Below the pieces are notes generated by a model. That model searched no databases. It was not told the origin of the DNA and saw only the letters and a list, made by a program, of their open reading frames with translations. Positions 54,838 through 64,000 of a stretch of 64,000 nucleotides of DNA are shown piece by piece. This DNA is from Nitrospirales bacterium (lineage in GTDB: Bacteria; Nitrospirota; Nitrospiria; Nitrospirales; UBA8639). A program made the translations under genes and the position numbers. Location of the stretch: assembly GCA_965203295.1 (NCBI GenBank), contig CBDBCZ010000012.1, positions 64,001 through 128,000 on the forward strand, read 5' to 3'. Within the stretch, counting starts at the first letter, position 1; each line of letters opens with the position of its first letter.

Positions 54838-56699
54838 AGATAATATCTACGTGCGCCCACACAGTTCTGCGTGCTGTGCGTATGTGTACAGGTATTGTAT
54901 TGTATTGTATTGTGTTGTATTGTATTGTATGGTATTGTATTGTATTGTTTTAGAAAAAAAAAGTGATTATGCTAAAACAGGCACAGGTCTAGATAGCCCC
55001 ACCCCCATTCATTCACACAATGATCTGATTGCATTTGTGCGCTGGAATCTTCGTCAGGGAGGGGAGGAGAGGTTGCTGTACGAGTCAGGCCACTCATACA
55101 ACGGGAGATTAAAGCTATATCAAGCCATGTAAGTTTATACTCGCTAATATGTACCCGTTCTGTACTGTAATTTGGTCAGCTATGCTAAGCTAGCTCCCGT
55201 ACAGACTGGCTCGCGAGACTAGCTCCCGTGTCGGTACAGAGGTTTGCAAAAGCGTGCAAGAGACTGTAATGAGCCTTTCATCTGTAGCTACTAGTGTCAG
55301 GATGGTTGTCTGTTTTTCAAGTACATTAACTATTACGTTTATTGAGAGCGAACCTCAGAGCCAAATGTGAAGTAAATTGGCCAGCAGACAAAGAGATCTC
55401 AACCTTCCTGTGGCTAAAGCTCTGATTCCAGAATATTATACATATGTATGAAACCGTAATGCCAACGTCAAGTAGGAGGAGATTTTTGTCCGCATAGTTG
55501 TACTTTCTAACACACTTGTAGCTGAGCTGTCGCGTAGGTGCGGATGTATGCAGGATGAGCTGGTCTAAGAATGCTTAACCATGCTGCCATATACAAAGGC
55601 TCTTTAGCGAGGCTGAATCACTTCTGTCCTGTTGTTGAGTACAGCCTAAGGGTATATAGCCAGTGTTGTCCAATCCTTCTAGAATACGTAGTGAAAACTA
55701 ACAGAAACAGAACCCAAAAGAAGCAAAAAGAAAAAAATTAAAGGGGGGTGAAATAGGAAGTACATGTATGTACTCAAGAGAATCTAACCCAGCTCTCAGC
55801 TTTCAGGGCCTTCACCACTAGGCCACTGGAAAGATTAACCTGTTTTTTATGTCTCCTCAGAGAATCTGAGGTGGAAAAGCCTTACATGAGTTTTCACCCA
55901 CGGTTCACAAAATAACATAATTTTGAAACTAAAGCTCCCTAGTTTTATGTGTACTATTATAACATCATTTTGAAAGTTTTAATGTTTCATGGTGATGTCA
56001 ACATTGGTTTTCACTTGATACGTTTCATTTCCTTGCACATTGACAGTTGTTTGGTCTCTATCTATAATATTGTCATACATACTCCAGTGTATAATTTTGG
56101 TTTATAGATTGTTGAGCTAAGCATTAGATTTACTACTGCAGCAATGCATGCATTTGCTAACTTAGTAGCCTCATTCCCAGGCATTCACTCAGCTTTTATC
56201 ACTTGAGAGCTAGAGCCTGGGGACAAGGCTACTAACCTAGTAGATGTGTTTTGTTAAGCATTCACACTGTGGTACTTGCCGCCGAATCTTTCCCTGAGAA
56301 TCTTTTGAGTATCTTCAGCAATGTACTTGATTCAAGTAACTTAATTGGATGGACAACGTTGCAAGAAGTACGTTTCAACCTCGATAACACATGCATATCA
56401 TCACTAACGTATTTGCATGCACAGTCTTGTCCCCAGTTTAGACTTCTTGCTGTAATCAATGGAACATTGAGTGCTTTAGTTACAGCTTTGGTGAAAAGTG
56501 TTGTCATTTCATGCAGAAGGCAGCTCTTGACATGACTGCTGCATATACTAGCAGTACAATATACGTATGTATATGGGTGGCTGTATTAATCAAGCTGTTT
56601 GACTCAGAACATACGTAAGGCTGTTTGCTAAAGGACAGCTGAGGTCTGAGCTCGAAACAGATATTATGTACATGTACATGTTGTGTATGTAGCACCTTG
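54628..56699 (+). repeat. ~2.1-kb direct segmental duplication of 28511-30624 (includes first GPCR exon copy)
   Basis: Colinear near-identity from ATAATGATGAT(C/T)GTGACCACTG to TATGTAGCACCTTG. Confidence 0.92.
56166..56231. mobile_element. TAG...CTA MITE with near-perfect 9-bp TSD (paralog at ~30083-30157)
   Basis: TAGCCTCATTCCCAGGC...GCCTGGGGACAAGGCTA flanked by CTAACTTAG / CTAACCTAG. Confidence 0.7.
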
Positions 56700-56967
56700 A
56701 AAATACATTGATACTAAACACAGCAGTAAAATCCCCAGATAGTATTTAAAGCTGCATTTTCAGACACCGAGATAGTGTAATGGCTGGCACGGAATATGGG
56801 AAAGCTGCAGCTCCTTTGTGAGAGAGACAAGAACACCAGTATATAGTCTCACACCTTTTACACATAGTACAACACACTACACACTATGTGCAAAAAGCTG
56901 GGGAGTGGAGACAAGAATGAGGCTATAGCTAGCTACATATAGCACACACACACACACCTCTACATAC

Positions 56968-59900
56968 CAATCAAGGGGTTTACTCTCAGGTCAAGCACTA
57001 TGAGACATGTGTTCACTTTCAGTACTTCCAGAAGACTGACTGCCCCACCAGTAGTGACACCACAGGACTGGATGTCTATGGCTGGGAGTTACAGAAGTAA
57101 TTGTACCATCACTACAGGCATAATTGTACTGAATTTACAATCCTGTGCGTAAATTACACAAGTGACTGTACAAGATATGAATGGATCTACAATGTATGAG
57201 TGTACACACTGTACGTATATGTTTTTTTTCAACCTCACTGCTTTCCCAAAGAGCTTGACTTCTTTATTTGGACTGCCACATTAAATAGATGATAATTATT
57301 CTACGACTCCCCACATCCAGATGAAACCATAGAGAAGGTTGGAAGAAGCTAACCCACATGTACGTACATACCTCTGAGGCACACATCATCTCTGAGTGCT
57401 TCTGCAAACTCTTGTGCACCTTTATCACCAATGTCAACGTTGAAGTTTAGTGTAACTCTGCGCAGACCTGGTATCTTTTCCAGTTTGAGCTTTTGTGATC
57501 GGAGGCTATCTTTCCAAGCTTCACTTTGTCTGTGCAGGCAATGTTGCTGCAGAAATAGTAAAGGCGTAGTAAATAAATGTAGCCTCGTATCCAGATAGAC
57601 CTATTACCACCGTAGTAATGTATCTGAGATGTATATCAGTACATATATGTATATACAATCTCTTTACTACGTAGCTACACGCAAGTTCCTTCTTTCATTA
57701 CAGCAAGAAAAATAGGCTACTCTCCAGTTCAATTCAGTGACAGCTTTAGTCCTTGTTTTGTAAGGCACGGTACCATACACAGGAAGAGCAACTAAAATGT
57801 GACTTCCAATCTTTAAAAGCCACTCTGAATACCTGTCTGCCAATCACGATGACTGAAGTGTTGACAGAACTGTTAGTCTACCTCAGTGAAAACTTTTGTT
57901 TCGTTAGAAAGAGAAAGGAATCTATTCTAAATCAAAGCAACAACCTCTTGTGATGTTCGTAAAATTCTACTTGCTAACCATCCTAGAGCGATGGTATAGA
58001 AGTAAAGCCTGTTGACTGTTGCCACAGTTAGCAACACTGTTGTCGTGAGTGACATATTGTGCATGCAAATAACATGTAGTTGATATGTATCGCTAGACTA
58101 TAACCTTGATTAGGACTGCTACTGATGATGCTCCCTGGGATGACAGGCTGCACGCAGTGAGATCCAGCCACTCCAGAGAATAAGAGTTCTTCACTGCACT
58201 GAAGATGACTGCATAGTAAGGGAATATATTATATATCAGCATCAGTATGAATCTTACGTACATGTACGTTTGGCATGCTTAGAATGGTACCCACAACCAG
58301 CGTGGTCTGTACTGGCTCAGGTATGTATATGATAATTACGTAAGGAGGTGGGAATTAGAGAGCTCGATTGTAATGCATGTACATGCATTGGATTAAGTAA
58401 CTCGGTATTACAATGTAAGCTATCATCAGCCACACTTCAGTAATCTACAACGCTTGTGATTAAGAGAAATACAGTAGTTTGGTTTGCTTGAGCAACACTT
58501 CATATTCCGCCAACTAATAGAGCTCACCTTCAGCAGCCTTGTTCCCGATCTCAGATCCCTTCAGTGAAAGATGCACCAATGATGTAGTTTTCACGAATCC
58601 CTAAACATGGAGGTAGGAAGATGGCCACACCAGGAATACTTCCTGGCAAACATAATTCAATCATAATATGGTGCGGACTACAAGCGCTATTTAAGTATAT
58701 GATCGAGTGGTTCCAGTGGGGTTGGTACCTAAATGAGTTCCCTCAACAGTGAATCAGGCATCACCGCCCAATACTACCATAGTCTCATGCCCAGCCACAT
58801 GTTAGAAAGGTGGGTGTGGCACACTGTATAATCAAAGTTGGTTTAAAAATACGTCAGCAGTCCCAGAACTGGACCGGCAATGCGAAGTGGATATCACAGA
58901 TGCATCTATGTTGTAGCCTTGTTCCCAGCCACCAGTTCTTGCAAAAATAAATGGGAGAAGTAACTTTTCCCGTTTATTTTCCTGAGTGCACGTGGGAGGA
59001 GCCTGGAAACGAGGCCATTCATGTCGCTGAACTCTCCATGGTTAGGTGGGTGCGAAGTGGCTGCTGCAACTGTGATATCCGCTTGGTGATGTAATACTAC
59101 AATCAGCCAATCGCACTGCCGGTCCAGATCTGGGATTGCTGACGTATGGCTAACCCAAATTTCAATACACAGGGCACCAGTCCCACTTTTTTAACGTGGG
59201 GGCTGGGCACGAGACTACCACTACTATGGCCTACTGCAACTGTGATATCTGTTTGGTGATGAAATATTCGATGCCGGTCCAGAACTGTGGCCACTGATGT
59301 AATGCTGCCGCAACTTTGAATATACAGGGCGTAACGTAGGGCTGGGCACGAGACAAATAATGCCAGGGCTAGCTAGACATGTGGCAATAATGAAAAACCC
59401 AATTGCAATGTAGAGTCTCAGAAATAAATGTTTTCACTCCACAATGTGACAGTTAAGGGATGGCCATACGTGCAAACTACATGTATACACTGTCCAAGCT
59501 AAACTACGTAAAATCACATGACTATACTAGATAAAGACAAGGACTAGAATATTTTAGCAACGTTATTGTAATTTCAGTTTCATGATACACGCAATTAATA
59601 TATACTAACATGTAGTAGCCAGTAGTGGCTGTACACACTGTGCATACTATCAAATGTAATGGATATGCCCCCCACACTGTTTAGGCTAGAAAATGCACAA
59701 TTTAGATTTGTGGTACTGTAGATACAAAGCTGCCTTCACATCTACATGCTAACTGCATTTACCTGTGCTAAACACTTGCAGTCTTTCAGGTGTAGGTGAA
59801 CACCTTCAAACACGAGAGACTTTAGAGCACTTGAGGCACACAAGCACCCTTGAACAGATCTATCATAGAGTCATTCCATTATATATATCAGTATATGCAG

Positions 59901-60825
59901 TGCTGTATATACTGCAAAGCACAAGCTTAATTAGTGTGATCATAGATAGTAGAGTAGAAGGAGTTCCTGTCCTTCTACTCGACTATCTATGGTGTGATAA
60001 AAAGTATCTTAAGGTTCAAAACTGCATTGATTATTAACTAAAGATCAATGCACTAACTTTAATGCAGCTAGAGCTACCGTACCAGTTGTCTAATGAGGGC
60101 TCTATCCTACTATTAACACATATACCTTTAACACCATCAACTGCAGGTACGTACTTGGCAATGCTGTACACTGTACTTCTATCAGGCACACCACGTCTCA
60201 TGTGGAACAGCAGCAACTCTTTCGTACTTCACACCATCTGCAGAACAAAGAGAAGCGATATTTGCTAGTTATAGCTGACAGTAGTCTAAGACTAGTGTTT
60301 CTTTGTACATAGATTCACTATTATAAACATACCGACACAGCAGTCAATCAACTGGAAGCTTTCTGCTTATGCTGTACACAAAGCTGCCCTGTGCAAATGT
60401 ACATCTATCCTCGCTCCCAGGCCCTCACTTCATTTGGTTGCATGAAGGCTAGCATAATATACTTGTAAAAAGTCACTGGATTAATGGAGGTACTGTCTAA
60501 CTACATGTATTGGTGTACTGACCACTATTTACAGTATTATAGACAAAAGGTCTAATTACATACCAATGCTTCTCACAGTTGGGTAAAGTCTTTCCTCCCA
60601 TTTGTCTATGAAGGCAACAGTATGCAGTGCCTTGTTGATCTGTAAAGCAGTCAGAAGTGGGTGCCAGTCGTTTCTCTTAGCCTTGTAGACCCGACAACTC
60701 AGCACTCCTTCCTTGGCTCCACTGCGGATACTGGCTATAGGACACGTGTCCTCCAGGGCACACAGGCTTTCATAGTAAGCTACAAAGTCTTCAGCTCCTC
60801 GCTGATGAATGCGAACAGCCTCCAT
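56968..60825 (-). pseudogene. CEP78: CEP78 (centrosomal protein 78 kDa) N-terminal LRR exons; 3'-truncated, probable frameshift in coding exon 2
   Basis: Exons 60825-60564 (DFVAYYESLCALEDTCP...DWHPLLTALQINK), 60237-60155, 59859-59763, 58600-58528, 58208-58105, 57546-57372 (EAWKDSLR...GLRRVTLN...IGDKGA), 57081-56968 ([10 protein letters not shown]) match recalled CEP78 motifs. Sequence switches to the GPCR duplicate at 56699. Confidence 0.85.
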
Positions 60826-63014
60826 CTATGGTTGAAATAGCAACTTCTGATATAGAGGTATTAGCTATACCGTACCATGCACAAGCTGCTCTGAATATAG
60901 TTAACTCCCTATAGCTACATGAACGCATACTAGATTTATTTCTTTCTGGTAGGTTTAGATTGTAGTTGCATTGTCTTGCAAGTACATGTAATCTGCTGTT
61001 TTAATGGATTATGAAAGTAGTTCAAGCACCTATTTCACAACATATATGTGAATAAGAAGGTGCTTTGCACTCATTTTGATAAAAAAATTATGGCAAAAAT
61101 TAAATGTAGTTGTTCCAAGTCTGTACTAAAATGACAGTAGAAAAAATGATGGGACTAAGATCTTTATTTAATGTGACAATATAAAGCCCCTCAGAAGGTT
61201 ATAAACAGAATGTTATTCAAGTATTCCATCAAACATCTTTAGTGACACACTCTATGAATTTGTGTGCAACATGTGGCCGTAGGTAAAGTACAAAGGTCTC
61301 TGCAGGCAGGCTTGGAAAAGATGCTATCAGTGTATTAAAGGTATACAAGAGTCACCAACACCTTCAGGTGCTGGGAGCAGTAAGTGTAGTGTCTGGAGAC
61401 ACTAGCCTTGAGCTGCATATGGGACACGAGTTCAAATCCTGGTTCAGCAAAAACCCAATGAAGGTTTGGAGCAGCTATGGTACAGGGCTGGGTGTTTTTC
61501 TCTTGCTGTGGAAACTGGTACATGTACATACGGCATATCAGCTTCCCACAGTGTTTCAGATACCATTTTTATAACCCAATTTGGTATCTTTCACGGCTGA
61601 TTAAGCATTCCAGTACACTAATTAAATGCTGCAGCTACAAGTATAGGCAAATCAGGATTCTAGAGGTCTGGCAAACAAAGAACGTTAGGATTGTCTCTAT
61701 GATATTATAGAATCTGTAGGTGAAGGCTACACCAACATGTGGACAGCAAAAGTAGCAAGATCGCTCTAAAGTCAGTAGGCATTGTTTGCCCGAGTGCACT
61801 TCTCCCTGAGTGAATCAGGCAAACAAACCAATCATTTTGTAAGGATCATCAACCTTTGTACTCTCCTAACACTAAGTGTCTTTGGCTATCCATGGTATTT
61901 TGCTCTAGGTGGATAAACCATTGCGGAATAATTTATTGAGTCATACAAGTTTCAGTTGTAATGGTTTACAGTTGCTGATGATGTTGCTGCTGATAATTTT
62001 CCTTATGGACACCCTATAGCGTCTCTACTACATTCACCAAATATGCAGCATGTGCAGTCAGTCAAGAAAGCCACACCTCTTCGCAGTCGCATCCACTGCA
62101 GCAACGCAAGACCGTACTAGCGTGAGACTCTACACAAACGCTTAGCATGCACGTGAGAACCCAGCTCCTCCTGTATAACACATTTTACGCAATTAAAATC
62201 AGATGATCTGGAGTGGCCCTGATGCGCCACTGGTTTCAAGGCAGTTCATGGATTATAATTTACTGCAATACTGTAAGCGATCCCCAAGTTGGTAGAAGTT
62301 GGAGCTAGCTAGCTAGCTAGCTAGACTAACGTGCTACCATAGATAGTAGAAGTTATCTATGGTGCTACGTACCTTGACTCTGGTTGCTGTAGTTTGCAGC
62401 AGAGATACTAATAATACCTTTGTTTGCAGCTTTAGTCAAACTCACATCCCCGCCCCCCAAAAGGAAAAAAAAACAAACAAAAACAAAGACCCGGCAATGA
62501 TAAGTGAGACTTCGACCTGTTCGCGTCTACTGCCATACCTCTCATTTCATGTATTATAGGAATCGAGAACGCGAAAAGGAAACGACAGCGAGCTAAGGAA
62601 CCACGAAATAATAAATGCGGGGGCGGGCACACTACGATATGCGCCGCACGCGTCAATGCTTTTCGCGCCAGCTCACGCAGCTCTTGACTGCGCAAGAAAG
62701 TTGAACTCTCTAGAATTAAAGTACAGAAGAATGAAGTCTCTATTCAAGGAACAGGGAGGTTATAGGTATTATCAAATAATTTGTAGCAAGACCTGACAGT
62801 TCCCAATTAATGCCCCACCAGGTAGTTTCACGAGTTCACCTGAAACAGTAATTGATTGTTGGTATCTATCAATAAATAAGAGTAAAATGGAAGCGGTAAC
62901 ATACAAGAAAGATTATAGAAGTCTGTCAACATTAAGGATTCTGAAGCATCTTGAAGAGGATAATATATATCGTTATAAGGCCAAACGAACTTTTATCACA
63001 GCCTCTAGTTTCCA

Positions 63015-63965
63015 GGGAGAATGGAGAGGAACCAAATTCCCAATTTCATTTTCACCTCTAATTAATTGTACGCATTACTTTTCTTGTGTTTGCCTTTAGT
63101 GATTGCTGAAATGAAACATAGGTGGGAGATAATTAGTCACACAGAACACAACTTCAATAAGCAAAGTGGAATGAACCATCTAAGGAGCAATGTAAGTAAC
63201 TATGCCTCATATTGACAGCCAACTTTGAGATCAGGGTATTCCTAGCAGAGAGAATTGGGGAAGTTACTGCTTCCCAATTAATTGCCTACTCTGACAGAGT
63301 GCACACATTAATCTTCTTTAGAGATAGCAGATATGTGGGAATAAACAAATTATATGCAGTGCACAATCGTAATAAGCTGCTCTAGAAGGAACTGTGTAAA
63401 AAACAGCGTAAGTAAAACCATACCCATGACAGTCTACTTAGAGATCACACAAAGTCAGGCAAGATATTCCTAGCTAATTGGGAATCTGCCAGAGAGAATA
63501 GAGAGGAACCAGCTTCCCAATTTCATTCCCCACTCTAATTAATTGTACACGTTACTTTTCTTGTGTTTGCAAAATGTTACTTCAAAGTTTGTAAGCAGAA
63601 AACATAAGCGGAAGATAACTAATTTAGTTACACCGAACACAACTTCCATAAGAAGTCGTTGAATGAACCATCTAAAAAGCACTGGAACAACAAACAGAAC
63701 AAAATGTGAGGAAAATTAAATAACACAATCTCAGTAAGCTTCTCTAGAAGGAACCATGCATGTAAGGAACCGTACGTACCACTGACAGCCCACTTTGAGA
63801 AACACAAAGACAGGTAAGGTATTCCTAGCTAATTGAGAATCTGTCTCTTTACTGCAAAGATACCAACAGCACAGCCTCTAACTACCAGAGAGAATGGAGA
63901 GGAATCAGCTTCCAATTTAATATCCCACTCTAATTAATGACGCACATTACTTTTTTGTGTGTTCG
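63015..63965. repeat. Degenerate repeat of irregular period
   Basis: GAGAAT(G/A)GAGAGGAA...TTCC(C)AATTT...CTCTAATTAAT blocks recur at ~63017, ~63493 and ~63889, with a partial copy at ~63246. Confidence 0.7.
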
Positions 63966-64000
63966 CACAATGTAACTTTAGAGATTGCAGGCAGAAAACA

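Overview
Eukaryotic, repeat-rich animal DNA with short GT-AG introns and TTAGGG-like tracts; gene and repeat style suggest a marine invertebrate, plausibly a demosponge (inference). The window is dominated by two inverted (tail-to-tail) copies of a ~12 kb rolling-circle transposon of the Helentron/Helitron2 (HLE2) type: copy A at ~15941-28509 (+) and copy B at ~40270-52211 (-). The element encodes one polyprotein: basic tandem repeats, Cys-rich region, HUH-Y2 Rep, PIF1 helicase and C-terminal OTU protease. Its ends are unusual. Upstream of the ORF is a perfect hairpin followed by a 15-bp motif (ATGTAGGGATGGCAC). The other end is a ~1.2 kb fold-back whose arms (220 bp in B, truncated in A) carry that motif and are homogenised within each copy but differ between copies. 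Copy B splits a decayed LINE, which fixes its boundaries. Around the elements lies a mosaic of truncated or lesioned host-gene pieces (SART1 internal exons, adhesion-GPCR GAIN/GPS-7TM exons, CEP78 5' exons), two local segmental duplications abutting copy A, a relic of a second Helitron-like family, TAG...CTA MITEs with 9-bp TSDs, mini/microsatellites and a pair of abutting perfect palindromes. All calls are by eye from the sequence and ORF track; no searches were run.
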